The notes: a model not told the origin generated them from the sequence alone. A stretch of DNA of 64,000 nucleotides from a bacterium (GCA_030429765.1 JAUIER010000016.1:38017-102016), one strand, 5' to 3'; counted from the first letter of the stretch, positions 27,711 through 37,381 are shown. Made by a program: numbers and translations.

Positions 27711-28862
27711 TTGGACGAAAACAATTCAGTAAAATTTGACAAGCCCTTGTATATCCTGATTGTCGAGGATAACCAGGTTGACCTTCGCCTGTTGCAGGGG
27801 ATGCTCGCGGTATCAGAAAATTCCACTGAGCGGTTGAAGTGGACAAACACGGTGAAAGGGGCGTTGGAGTTATTATCAGCGCATGATTTCGATGCCGTAG
27901 TTTTGGATTTGAATCTCCCGGATTTACGGGGGACCGAGACCATTCGGCGGGTCAATGAACTCTTTCCCGACATTGCGGTGGTCGTCAACACAGGCGAATA
28001 CGAAGAAGAGTTGGGGATAGAGGCGTTGGAATATGGGGCGCAGGATTTTCTGGTCAAGGGACGGTACAACGGATACACATTGCTTAAGTCGCTGCACTAT
28101 GCGGTTAAACGTAAGCGACTAGAGACGCAGGTGCTTGAGGCCTATGGGCAGCTCAAGGAGGCTCAAGGTCAGTTGATCCAGGTAGAGAAAATGAAGGTCA
28201 TCGGCGGGATCGCCAGCGGTGTGGCGCATGAAGTCCGCAATCCTTTGGCGGCGATCAAGTATGGCATTCAGTATCTCAATGAAAAATCAACGGATCGTAG
28301 CGAGGATATCGTCAAGGTGTTGGAGAGTATGGAGGATTCAGTAAATCGGGCGAACGATATTATCACAGACCTGCTGGATTTCAGCGGATTATCCAATTTG
28401 GAACAGCAATCTGAAAGTTTAAATGTCTCGGTCCTTAAATCTTTGGCGCTGGTGAATCATGCAATCTCTAAAAAAGAAATCGCCGTAGACAAGCAAATTG
28501 ATATTAACTTGCCGAATGTCAAGATTGACCGCAATAGGATTGAGCAGGTGATTATCAACTTGCTGTTGAACTCCATCAATTTTGTAGAAAATGGAGGCAA
28601 GATAACAGTCAAGACTTACACGGATGACAATCATGTTTATCTGGATGTCATTGACAATGGCAAGGGAATTGACGATTCGATCAAGAAAAGAATTTTTGAT
28701 CCGTTCTTCACCACGCGGCGGGCCAATGGCGGAGTCGGCCTGGGTCTGTCGATTTGTAAAAACATCATGGATGTGCACGGAGGAAAAATTGAAGTGCAGA
28801 ACAACCCGGACGCCGGCGTTACGGCCCGTTTGGTATTTCCTGTCCTCACCGCCGCCTCATAG
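27711..28862 (+). CDS. Hybrid sensor histidine kinase (REC-HisKA-HATPase) with no sensory input domain
   Basis: ILIVEDNQVD...VVLDLNLPD is the receiver domain. AHEVRNPLAAI is the H box. DNGKGIDDS...GGVGLGLSICK are the G boxes. The start codon is TTG. Confidence 0.8.
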   Translation: MDENNSVKFDKPLYILIVEDNQVDLRLLQGMLAVSENSTERLKWTNTVKGALELLSAHDFDAVVLDLNLPDLRGTETIRRVNELFPDIAVVVNTGEYEEELGIEALEYGAQDFLVKGRYNGYTLLKSLHYAVKRKRLETQVLEAYGQLKEAQGQLIQVEKMKVIGGIASGVAHEVRNPLAAIKYGIQYLNEKSTDRSEDIVKVLESMEDSVNRANDIITDLLDFSGLSNLEQQSESLNVSVLKSLALVNHAISKKEIAVDKQIDINLPNVKIDRNRIEQVIINLLLNSINFVENGGKITVKTYTDDNHVYLDVIDNGKGIDDSIKKRIFDPFFTTRRANGGVGLGLSICKNIMDVHGGKIEVQNNPDAGVTARLVFPVLTAAS

Positions 28863-28946
28863 CGGCGCACTAAAAATCCCATTTATGTCTCGCGCACGGC
28901 GTGTGTGCGTCAGTGTTCAACATCAATCATCTTTTGAGGAACCACT

Positions 28947-29516
28947 ATGAAAAAGTCATCCAAGAATGACAAGCCCAAGAAGGTCAAGAGTCCTTACATC
29001 AAGGTTAAAAAGTCAAAGATTCACGGAACTGGAATCTATGCGAAGACAGATATCCCGGCCGGCACGCGTGTGATCGAATATGTAGGGGAGCGTGTTACCA
29101 AGAAAGAATCGGATCGCAGGGCGCAAACGCCTTTGGAAAACAATGCCGAGAACGAAGAGATGGGAGCTGTTTACCTTTTTGAAATCAACAAGCGTTATGA
29201 TCTGGATGGATATGTTCCATATAATACCGCGCGATTTATCAATCATTCGTGTGATCCCAATTGCGAATCGGATATTATCAAAGGACGCGTGTATATCATC
29301 GCAATTCGGGATATCAAAAAGGGTGAGGAAATCTTTTACAATTACAACTACTCTTGGGAAGACTACGAAGATCATCCGTGCTACTGCGGGACAAAACGCT
29401 GTGTGGGATTCATACTCGCTGAAGAATATTGGCCGAAACTCAAGCGAAAACTCAAAAAAAAGCGTGAAGCCAAGCAGAAAAAAAGCAAAAAAGGCGAGAA
29501 AAATAACAAAAAATAA
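28947..29516 (+). CDS. SET-domain protein-lysine methyltransferase with lysine-rich N- and C-terminal tails
   Basis: SET motifs are GTGIYAKTDIPAGTRVIEYVGE, NHSCDPNC and ELFYNY-like EIFYNYNY. The post-SET region is CYCGTKRC. The tails are KNDKPKKVKSPYIKVKKSK and KLKRKLKKKREAKQKKSKKGEKNNKK. Confidence 0.8.
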   Translation: MKKSSKNDKPKKVKSPYIKVKKSKIHGTGIYAKTDIPAGTRVIEYVGERVTKKESDRRAQTPLENNAENEEMGAVYLFEINKRYDLDGYVPYNTARFINHSCDPNCESDIIKGRVYIIAIRDIKKGEEIFYNYNYSWEDYEDHPCYCGTKRCVGFILAEEYWPKLKRKLKKKREAKQKKSKKGEKNNKK

Positions 29517-29656
29517 TTTCCAAGATTTTCGTAAATTGTTGTTATTAATATGTTTAGGTTGTTTTGTGTTTCTTGATGAATCGAATATTAGGTGGTATAC
29601 TTAGTTTCAATTTGATGTAAACTAAAATATTACCAATAAAGGATTTATGGTTAATC

Positions 29657-32128
29657 ATGAAAAATACAGCCAACCTAATTCGACTCGTAGTTATTTTTTC
29701 ACTTATCTTTGCGCCAGCTGTTCCTCACGCGCAAGAATCTCCAGATAAAATTGCCGACTCATTCTATGAGCACGGCCTTAAACTGCTCGAAAGCGGTGAC
29801 TACAACGCTGCAATCAATGATTTCAGCCGAGCGTTTCTGCTCAATCCTCAAGATCCCAAATTATATCAGGCCCTCAAATCCCTGGCTCGCGACCGAAATG
29901 TTCCCGCGGCCCAAAAGATGGAGCTGATCCTGCTTGAAGATTTGTTGGGATATACCAACAAACTCCAGGAAAAACGCGACTATTTCCGCTATAAGCGTAA
30001 TGTATTAGGGGAAGAGTTGATCAACAAGGGGTTCGATCGATCTTTTTTTGAGGAAGAGATGATGGCGATGCAGCAGGGCGTCTTTGAAGATTACAGTGTC
30101 GAAGAGCAGGCAATCCAGGAGCGCTACGCCAAGGGTGAAGATCCGGTCAAGGTGATCCACGCTTCCATCCAGTTGGAGAATGAAAGGCTGCAGAAAGAGA
30201 TTGACCTGTACGAACGGCAATTTGGTCATTTAAGGGAAATCAATGCCCAGAATGGTTACATCGAAGGAGAATTGGTATATTTAAGTCCATCCGAATTCAG
30301 CCGTAAACAGAAATTTTATGATGCCGATGGCAAACGGTTACCGGTAGATGTAGCGCCGGTTCAGATCGCTGCTCAGGACCTCAACAGTATCGATGGTATC
30401 AGTTATCTGCTTGATGAAGCCAAGACGCAGATCGACAACATGAAAATGGTAGTAGACGGCCGTGATGATAAAATTCAGCAATTATCGCAGGAAGTCGTTG
30501 ATCTGTCACTTGAGCTTACCGAAAGCCGTGCCAATGAGAGCTTCAAAGATCAGGAAATCACTGAACTCAAGGATGTCATTGTCGAATTTGAAACCAAGAG
30601 TTTGTTGTCTCAGCGCATGGAGCAGAATTTCAGCAAGCTCAAGAGCGATCTGGCCAAGCGGGATGAAATGATCCAGGAAAAAGATCAGAAAATCTCCGAT
30701 ATGGGCTATGAAATCGAAGACAAAGACCGAAACATCGAAGAGCTCAGCCAGCAAATCCAGGAATTGGTCTCCAAAAGCGACAGTCTTCAGAAAGACCTCG
30801 AAGAACGTGATCTGCAGATATCAAATTACGAAGCGCAAATTCAGGAATTAGAAGCCAGCGCGGCCAAGCTTCAGGAGTATCAGGATGAAGTTTGGAAGTT
30901 GCGACATGAGCTGACCAAGGCGCGTGAAGGTCAAGGCGAGCTGACGGAAGTCCGTTCTCAATTGGCTCAAACGGAGCAGGAATTGGCGATGAAGGATGAA
31001 CTGCTTGCACAGAAAGATCAGACAGTTAATGATCTTAACCAGCAATTAGCTGATCTGGAAATCAAGTTCGCCCAAAGTCAGCAAATTATTGCCGAAAAAG
31101 AGGCATTGCTTGAGAGTCAGTCCGTTGAGTTGGCCGGCAGCCGCGATATGTTTGATTCGCAATTGATGGCCAAAGACGGTGAGATTCAGGAACTCAATAA
31201 AATTCTTGAGGAATATAGAGACAAATTAGCAAACGTTGATAAAATGTTAAATGAAAAAGACGCCAGCATGGCATCGCTTCAGGAAGAACTTACCGGGATT
31301 CGCGGTAAGCTGATCAAGGACGAGGAAAATCGTTTTGTTATCAGTGAAGCGGATGTAGCCAAGAAGGATGAAATGATTGCCGAGAAAGAGGCCGAACTGG
31401 CTGAACTTTCGCAAATGGTATCAGTCTACAAATCCAATCTGGCCAAGGCCAACAAAGACATCAATTACCAGAAACAGCAGATTGATGAACTGACCAAAGA
31501 GTTGGCCAATCTCGACAATAAAATGATGTCGAGAGATCGATTGTCGCGGGAAAAATTGAATCACATCAAACTTCTGAAAGATATGCTTAAACGCGAGAAG
31601 GAAAAGCGGGATGAGCGAAATCAGAAGCTTCGCGAAATCGTTAAAGAGAAGGTCCTTGAAATTGAAGAGCTTGAAGGGATGCTTGATGTATACAAGAGCA
31701 AGCTCAAAGATCGACATTTCGTGGCTGAAGAGCGTGAGCAATTGATGGCCAATATGGAAAATCAATTGCAAAGCACATTGATGATGCTCAACAGCAAATC
31801 AGATGTGATCAACAAGACGCATCACAATTTGAGTGTCCTTCAGGATCAGCTTAACGAAATAAATGACAGTTTGATTGCGATCCAGAACGGCAGTTCAGGG
31901 AGCGATCAGGCGGATGTAGATGAAGAAATCAATCGGTTACAGCTTAAGATAGATGACATCAATACGTTTCTTCAAGGCGAAATTCAAACGATTGAAAGCG
32001 ATAAACACATGTCAGACGCCGATGAATCATCTGAACTGGATGTTGTTGACGACATCCAGTTGGATTCAGAGCTGGACAGTGTGAACATCGACGCTCAAGA
32101 TCTTGAACTAGATTTAGATCATATATAA
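29657..32128 (+). CDS. Exported giant coiled-coil protein with a TPR-like N-terminus and an acidic C-terminus
   Basis: The signal peptide is LIRLVVIFSLIFAPAVPHA. About 650 aa are rich in heptad-compatible E, K, Q and L. The tail is DDIQLDSELDSVNIDAQDLELDLDHI. Confidence 0.6.
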   Translation: MKNTANLIRLVVIFSLIFAPAVPHAQESPDKIADSFYEHGLKLLESGDYNAAINDFSRAFLLNPQDPKLYQALKSLARDRNVPAAQKMELILLEDLLGYTNKLQEKRDYFRYKRNVLGEELINKGFDRSFFEEEMMAMQQGVFEDYSVEEQAIQERYAKGEDPVKVIHASIQLENERLQKEIDLYERQFGHLREINAQNGYIEGELVYLSPSEFSRKQKFYDADGKRLPVDVAPVQIAAQDLNSIDGISYLLDEAKTQIDNMKMVVDGRDDKIQQLSQEVVDLSLELTESRANESFKDQEITELKDVIVEFETKSLLSQRMEQNFSKLKSDLAKRDEMIQEKDQKISDMGYEIEDKDRNIEELSQQIQELVSKSDSLQKDLEERDLQISNYEAQIQELEASAAKLQEYQDEVWKLRHELTKAREGQGELTEVRSQLAQTEQELAMKDELLAQKDQTVNDLNQQLADLEIKFAQSQQIIAEKEALLESQSVELAGSRDMFDSQLMAKDGEIQELNKILEEYRDKLANVDKMLNEKDASMASLQEELTGIRGKLIKDEENRFVISEADVAKKDEMIAEKEAELAELSQMVSVYKSNLAKANKDINYQKQQIDELTKELANLDNKMMSRDRLSREKLNHIKLLKDMLKREKEKRDERNQKLREIVKEKVLEIEELEGMLDVYKSKLKDRHFVAEEREQLMANMENQLQSTLMMLNSKSDVINKTHHNLSVLQDQLNEINDSLIAIQNGSSGSDQADVDEEINRLQLKIDDINTFLQGEIQTIESDKHMSDADESSELDVVDDIQLDSELDSVNIDAQDLELDLDHI

Positions 32129-32139
32129 GAAACAACCCA

Positions 32140-33639
32140 ATGCCCAAACTGAAATGTTTTGGACTTGTTTGTGTCATCTTTGCGGCTCTGTGTCCACTAG
32201 CAGCAGCCGAACAACCTGTAGAGTCCGTCGTTAAAATTTTCGTAACATCCAACAAGATGGATTTCTATCGGCCGTGGCAATCCCACGGCATCTCGTCTTC
32301 CAGCGGCTCGGGCGCGATCATCTACGGTCAACGCATTCTCACCAACGCCCATGTGGTCTCTGATCACACCTTTATCCAAGTTAAAAAACACAACGATCCC
32401 AAAAAGTACACGGCCAAGGTTATTGCGATCGGCTCGGATTGTGATTTGGCGTTGCTATCGGTCGAAGATGAAGACTTCTTCGAAGGGACACGTCCATTAG
32501 AGTACGGCGGTCTGCCCAAGCTGCAGGACACGGTTACTGTTTTGGGATTTCCGCAGGGCGGAGAGAAGTTGTCGATCACAGAGGGGGTTGTCTCCCGAAT
32601 TGAAGTTTCGTCCTACGCCTTGAGTTCCCGCAAGTTGTTGAGTGTGCAGATTGATGCCGCCATCAATCCAGGTAACAGCGGCGGCCCGGTGACGCAGGAC
32701 GGAAAAATGGTGGGGATTGCGATGCAGGTGCTGAACTCCGGCCAGAATATCGGCTATATGATCCCGATTCCGATCATCAGTCATTTTTTTGAGGACCTTG
32801 AGGACGGGGAGTATGATGGATTCCCGATGCTGGGGATCAATTATGGTAACACCGAAAATGACCATTTACGCAGCTTTTATCAGGCCTCCGATATCGAGGG
32901 CGGCGTCATCATTACCAAGATCCTGCCGTTTTCGTCGGCGGACAAAAAGCTTAACGAAGGTGATATTATCCTTGCGATCGACGGAGTGCCGATCGGCGAA
33001 GACGGGACCTTTGTGTTTCGCGGCAATGAACGTTTAACGTTGCCGCATCTGATTTCAAACAAGCAAATCGGTGAAAAGATCGAATTTAGCATCTGGCGGG
33101 ACGGACAGGCCCAGACACTTTTTGTGGATGTCGAGAAATTTACGACACTTGTACCTCCGCCTGATCATTTTGAAAAGCCGACGTACTTTATTTATGGAGG
33201 ATTGGTGTTTACCATCTTAAGTGCCGACTTAATCCACGCTTGGGGTAAGCGCTGGTGGGAGCAGGGCCCCGTGAACCTTACCTATTTCATCGTCGGCAAC
33301 GGTCGTCTTAATGCTGAGATGGACCAGGAAAAAGTTGTGCTGCTGAATGTGTTGTCAGATGATATCAACGTGGGATATCATGGTCAGGGCAATGAGATCA
33401 TCGAATCCATCAATGGGGAAGAGTTTAAGTCTTTCCGTGAGTTCGTGCAACTCATTGACCGGGCGAAGCGGACGAGTCCGTATACCATCATCAAAAATAG
33501 CGCCGGCGGCAAGTACATCATCGCCAACGAAGATATCGACGCCATCGATCAAGCGATCATCAAGCGTAATAATATTCCCGCCCGGTTTTCAGAAGATGTC
33601 GGCGGATGGCTTGGTATCGAACCTGCCAAAGAAGAGTAA
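32140..33639 (+). CDS. HtrA/DegP-family serine protease with a PDZ domain
   Basis: A signal peptide is present. The catalytic triad context is TNAHVV, DCDLALL and GNSGGPV. A PDZ-like region is ITKILPFSSADKKLNEGDIILAIDGVPI. Confidence 0.8.
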   Translation: MPKLKCFGLVCVIFAALCPLAAAEQPVESVVKIFVTSNKMDFYRPWQSHGISSSSGSGAIIYGQRILTNAHVVSDHTFIQVKKHNDPKKYTAKVIAIGSDCDLALLSVEDEDFFEGTRPLEYGGLPKLQDTVTVLGFPQGGEKLSITEGVVSRIEVSSYALSSRKLLSVQIDAAINPGNSGGPVTQDGKMVGIAMQVLNSGQNIGYMIPIPIISHFFEDLEDGEYDGFPMLGINYGNTENDHLRSFYQASDIEGGVIITKILPFSSADKKLNEGDIILAIDGVPIGEDGTFVFRGNERLTLPHLISNKQIGEKIEFSIWRDGQAQTLFVDVEKFTTLVPPPDHFEKPTYFIYGGLVFTILSADLIHAWGKRWWEQGPVNLTYFIVGNGRLNAEMDQEKVVLLNVLSDDINVGYHGQGNEIIESINGEEFKSFREFVQLIDRAKRTSPYTIIKNSAGGKYIIANEDIDAIDQAIIKRNNIPARFSEDVGGWLGIEPAKEE

Positions 33640-33640
33640 T

Positions 33641-34591
33641 ATGGCCCATCGAATAGATGAATCACATAAGTTCAGAGATTTTGTTCACCTTGTGATGAAG
33701 GGGATGTGCATGGGAATCGCCGAGATTATTCCGGGGATCTCCGGCGGAACAATCGCCTTTTTGCTGGGCATCTATGAAAATTTCATCAACGCCATCAAGT
33801 CATTCAATATCCATTTTTTTCAGGCGCTTCTGCGGTTTAAAATCCGAGAAGCCTTCGGCATGGTGGCCTGGCGCTTCCTATTTGCCTTGGTTGTCGGTAT
33901 GGGTATCTCGATTATTCTCTTGTCCCACGCGATCAGCTGGATGATTGAATATCATCCGGTGTACATCTTTTCGTTCTTTTTCGGATTGATCCTCGCCACG
34001 GTTCCGCTGATCGCGCGGATGATCGAGCATTGGAATCCATTCAAGGTAATCGTTTTTATCGGGGTTGCGATTGCGACTTATTTCTTTGTCGGCCTGGTGC
34101 CGATGCAGACACCGGAAACCGCCTGGTTTGTGTTTTTGTGCGGGGCCATTGCGATTAGTGCCATGATTCTGCCGGGTATCTCCGGATCATTTGTGCTCCT
34201 TTTGCTGGGCAAATATCACTATGTTCTCAACGCCGTGAACCAGCGTGATTTCTTGACGATTATCATTTTTATGCTGGGAATTGTCGTGGGCGTCCTGACG
34301 TTTGTCCGTGTGCTTAGTTGGCTGTTTCATCGATACCATGACATGACACTTTGTGTGCTGACAGGCTTCGTTGTTGGGTCGCTCAACAAGATCTGGCCAT
34401 GGAAGAAGACGTTGCGGAGTATGGAAGGGCGGCACGGCGAAATGATCCCAATTGAGCAATTCAATCAGTGGCCGAGTGTCTTTGATCACACCGTGATGAT
34501 CGCCGTATTAGCCATGTTGCTGGGATTCATTTTGGCGATTATCATCAACGGCGGTAATACCAGTTCATTCCGCGGCATAAATAGGGCTTGA
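33641..34591 (+). CDS. DUF368-family integral membrane protein
   Basis: IIPGISGGTIAFLLG and ILPGISGSFVLLLLGKY are the duplicated DUF368 motif. ATG 33641 lies 1 nt after the htrA stop. The longer ORF from 33347 overlaps htrA and is rejected. Confidence 0.7.
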   Translation: MAHRIDESHKFRDFVHLVMKGMCMGIAEIIPGISGGTIAFLLGIYENFINAIKSFNIHFFQALLRFKIREAFGMVAWRFLFALVVGMGISIILLSHAISWMIEYHPVYIFSFFFGLILATVPLIARMIEHWNPFKVIVFIGVAIATYFFVGLVPMQTPETAWFVFLCGAIAISAMILPGISGSFVLLLLGKYHYVLNAVNQRDFLTIIIFMLGIVVGVLTFVRVLSWLFHRYHDMTLCVLTGFVVGSLNKIWPWKKTLRSMEGRHGEMIPIEQFNQWPSVFDHTVMIAVLAMLLGFILAIIINGGNTSSFRGINRA

Positions 34592-34768
34592 CAGTCCATT
34601 CGCACAACGATAGAATTTTTTAGTTTTTGGGAAAAGCATTGACGTTTTTCCTGTTTACATTTTTCTGGGCAACGAAGTCCTTCTTTACATATATTCACGT
34701 CATTCGTGTATATACGTTCGGAAGGATTTTTTTATATACAGAAGATGTCCAATAAAAAGGGGGGATAA

Positions 34769-36103
34769 ATGAATCGAACATTGTTAATGATGTTGACAAT
34801 GGCCACGGGATTGCTGTGTGTCCCGGGTTTGAGTTTTGCCGCTGAAGAAATTGGTCCGGATTCGGGGATTACCGCTTGGATGATTACATCCACGGCCCTT
34901 GTATTATTGATGGTTCCCGGTCTGGCCTTGTTTTATGGTGGTCTGGTTAGAACAAAGAATGTCTTGGGGACGATGATGCACAGTTTCGCCTCGATGGCAA
35001 TTGTCGGGGTGCTCTGGGCTGTCTGCGGCTATGCCTTGAGTTTTGGCCCTAATGTCCTGGGCGGCTGGATCGGATGGGACAGCAGTCTGCTGTTTCTTGA
35101 AGGTCTGGACAATGCCTATAGTGAAGGTGGTATTCCTGATTACGTGTTTGCGATGTTTCAGGGTAAATTTGCCATTATCACACCTGCCTTAATCGCCGGC
35201 GCGTTCGCCGAGCGAGTTAAATTCAAGAGTTATTGTATTTTTATCGTTTTGTGGATCCTGTTTGTCTACTGTCCGCTGTGCCATTGGGTTTGGGCGGAAG
35301 ATGGATTCCTTTACAATATGGGAGCGGATGGCGCCATCGACTTTGCCGGAGGTACCGTTGTGCACATTTCATCCGGAATCAGCGCGCTTGTGATTGCGCT
35401 TTACATCGGGGCTCGACGAGGATATCCAAGAACGGCGATGCACCCGAATAACCTGGTCTTCACATTACTTGGAGCCGGATTGCTCTGGGTGGGATGGTTT
35501 GGATTCAATGCCGGTAGTTCGGTTAATAGTGGTTTGGATACAGCTCGAGCCCTCACCGTCACTCAGGTGGCCGGAGCCAGCGGGGCGTTGATGTGGATGC
35601 TGATTGAGGCCTTAAAGCATGGTAAAGCGACGAGTTTGGGATTGGCCAGTGGGATTCTGGCCGGACTTGTGGTTATCACACCGGCTGCCGGTGTCGTTCA
35701 AGTCCCAGCCGCGATCATTTTAGGTTTCATTGCTTCCGTCGTGAGCTATTCGGCTATTCAGCTGAAAACGAAATTGGGTTATGACGATACGCTGGATGTG
35801 TTCGGTATTCACGGTGTATCCGGAATTGTCGGGGCTCTTGGACTTACATTTTTTATTCGTGAGGAATGGATGGCTGAGGCCGCCGCCAATGTCAGCGGAG
35901 GAACATGGACCGTGATGCAGCAATTCGGCGTTCAGTTGGCTGCGACGGGAATCACAATCGGTTACACGGTTGTTGTCACACTGGCGATCACATTCTTGGT
36001 GGATAAACTCTGCGGGTTCCGTATTTCTGAAAAAGATGAAATGACCGGGCTCGATGAAGCTTGCCACGGGGAACATGGGTACGGACTACTAAACTTAAAT
36101 TAA
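34769..36103 (+). CDS. amtB: Ammonium transporter
   Basis: There is a signal peptide and 11 TM segments, with Amt signatures DFAGGTVVHISSG and GAGLLWVGWFGFNAGS. Confidence 0.9.
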   Translation: MNRTLLMMLTMATGLLCVPGLSFAAEEIGPDSGITAWMITSTALVLLMVPGLALFYGGLVRTKNVLGTMMHSFASMAIVGVLWAVCGYALSFGPNVLGGWIGWDSSLLFLEGLDNAYSEGGIPDYVFAMFQGKFAIITPALIAGAFAERVKFKSYCIFIVLWILFVYCPLCHWVWAEDGFLYNMGADGAIDFAGGTVVHISSGISALVIALYIGARRGYPRTAMHPNNLVFTLLGAGLLWVGWFGFNAGSSVNSGLDTARALTVTQVAGASGALMWMLIEALKHGKATSLGLASGILAGLVVITPAAGVVQVPAAIILGFIASVVSYSAIQLKTKLGYDDTLDVFGIHGVSGIVGALGLTFFIREEWMAEAAANVSGGTWTVMQQFGVQLAATGITIGYTVVVTLAITFLVDKLCGFRISEKDEMTGLDEACHGEHGYGLLNLN

Positions 36104-36137
36104 TCCAATTATCCGTTTGAGGATAGGGGGTACATAT

Positions 36138-36479
36138 ATGAAAATGATAACCGCAATTATTCAGCCGGATAAGCTCGACGAGGTTTCCGAAGCGCTGATA
36201 AAAAAGGATATCACCCGAATCACGGTCGGGCGGGTAACCGGTCATGGTCAGAAAATTGAGGGGGATCTCTATCGGGGACAGGAAGTCGGGATGGACCTAA
36301 GTCCTAAGATCCGAATTGAGATCGCCTGTAATGATGCGTTCGTCAAAGAAATTTGTGACATCATCATTGAGACAGCCAAACACGACGGAGGGAAGCTTGG
36401 TGACGGCAAGATATTCATCTCGCCGCTTGAGGAGTGTATTCGTATTCGCACCGGACAACGGGGATCCGAGGCGATCTAA
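36138..36479 (+). CDS. glnK: Nitrogen regulatory protein P-II
   Basis: MKMITAIIQPDKLDEV...RVTGHGQ... is the P-II fold signature. It lies immediately downstream of amtB. Confidence 0.9.
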   Translation: MKMITAIIQPDKLDEVSEALIKKDITRITVGRVTGHGQKIEGDLYRGQEVGMDLSPKIRIEIACNDAFVKEICDIIIETAKHDGGKLGDGKIFISPLEECIRIRTGQRGSEAI

Positions 36480-36490
36480 TCATTATGTTA

Positions 36491-36527
36491 AACCCGGAAA
36501 GCTGACTTGGCTTTCCGGGTTTTTTTG
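36491..36527 (+). terminator. Rho-independent terminator after glnK
   Basis: A hairpin AACCCGGAAAGCtgacttgGCTTTCCGGGTT is followed by TTTTTT. Confidence 0.85.
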
Positions 36528-36534
36528 TAGGTCT

Positions 36535-36563
36535 TTGACGTTGTAACGGTGTATGGGTATAAT
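36535..36563 (+). promoter_or_regulatory. Sigma70-type promoter for crcB-arsC
   Basis: TTGACG, a 17-nt spacer and TATAAT. The RBS AGGTGA is 5 nt before ATG 36581. Confidence 0.6.
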
Positions 36564-36580
36564 ATCTCAGTAGGTGAACT

Positions 36581-36952
36581 ATGCTTAATGCTTTTTTTGT
36601 AGGGCTCGGCGGATTTGTCGGATCCATCGGCCGCTACTTATTGATCAATTTTTCCAAACGCCTGTCAGCCGGTCACTGGTTCCCGATCGGTACGTTAACT
36701 GTTAATATCGCGGGATGCTTCCTGATTGGCATATTGGGCGGTTATTTACAGGATCGATCCGATATAGCGGAACATTGGCGATTATTTGTCATTGTCGGTG
36801 TGTTAGGCGGGTTTACTACTTTTTCAACATTTGGTCATGAAACTGTCCATCTCGTTAAATCAACGCAGTCTTTGGGAGCGTTACTCAATATAATTCTGCA
36901 TGTTTCCTTGTGCTTATTTGCGGCATGGTGGGGGCATCATTTAGGGAGGTAA
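36581..36952 (+). CDS. crcB: Fluoride ion channel CrcB/Fluc
   Basis: A 4-TM protein starting MLNAFFVGLGGFVGSIGRY, with GFTTFSTF. Confidence 0.85.
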   Translation: MLNAFFVGLGGFVGSIGRYLLINFSKRLSAGHWFPIGTLTVNIAGCFLIGILGGYLQDRSDIAEHWRLFVIVGVLGGFTTFSTFGHETVHLVKSTQSLGALLNIILHVSLCLFAAWWGHHLGR

Positions 36953-36958
36953 TTTACC

Positions 36959-37381
36959 GTGAAGAAAGTCTTGTTTGTTTGTATCCACAATAGCGCCAGG
37001 AGTCAGATGGCCGAGGCCTATCTCAATCAATTGGGGCAGGGGCAATTTGCTGCGGAGAGTGCCGGGATTGAGCCGGGACAACTCAATCCGGTGGTGGTTG
37101 AGGTTATGGCCGAGGAAGGGATCGACATTGCCGCAAATACCACTAACAGTGTGCAGGAATTTATTGAGGCAGGACGTCAGTATGATTATCTGATAACGGT
37201 TTGTGATGAGGCCAGTGCCGAGCGCTGTCCTGTTTATCCGGGAGCAGGAATCCGCCGTCATATCGGATTTGAAGATCCTTCATCTCTGGCGGGATCCGCA
37301 GAAGAAAGGCTTCAGCAAACCCGTAAGATTCGGGATCAAATAAAACGCGAAATAGAGGCGTTTATACAGTCGGAGACATAG
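36959..37381 (+). CDS. arsC: Low-molecular-weight phosphotyrosine phosphatase-family arsenate reductase
   Basis: VLFVCIHNSARSQMAE is the CX5R P-loop. The length and pattern fit thioredoxin-coupled ArsC. Confidence 0.7.
   Translation: MKKVLFVCIHNSARSQMAEAYLNQLGQGQFAAESAGIEPGQLNPVVVEVMAEEGIDIAANTTNSVQEFIEAGRQYDYLITVCDEASAERCPVYPGAGIRRHIGFEDPSSLAGSAEERLQQTRKIRDQIKREIEAFIQSET

Noticed and set aside
33347-33640. A long 5' extension of the DUF368 ORF that overlaps the last 290 nt of the htrA gene
   Set aside because: It is in a different frame from htrA, and its translation in that part is low-complexity. The conserved DUF368 protein begins at ATG 33641, 1 nt after the htrA stop.
34592-34768. A sigma-54 promoter (TGGCAC-N5-TTGCA) and NtrC enhancer sites upstream of amtB-glnK
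   Set aside because: No GG-N10-GC element with correct spacing was found. Only AT-rich sequence and a short GTATATAC palindrome are present.
36480-36580. A possible fluoride riboswitch upstream of crcB
   Set aside because: Only a terminator and a promoter fit in the gap. The predicted leader is about 10 nt, so there is no aptamer-like conserved stem arrangement.
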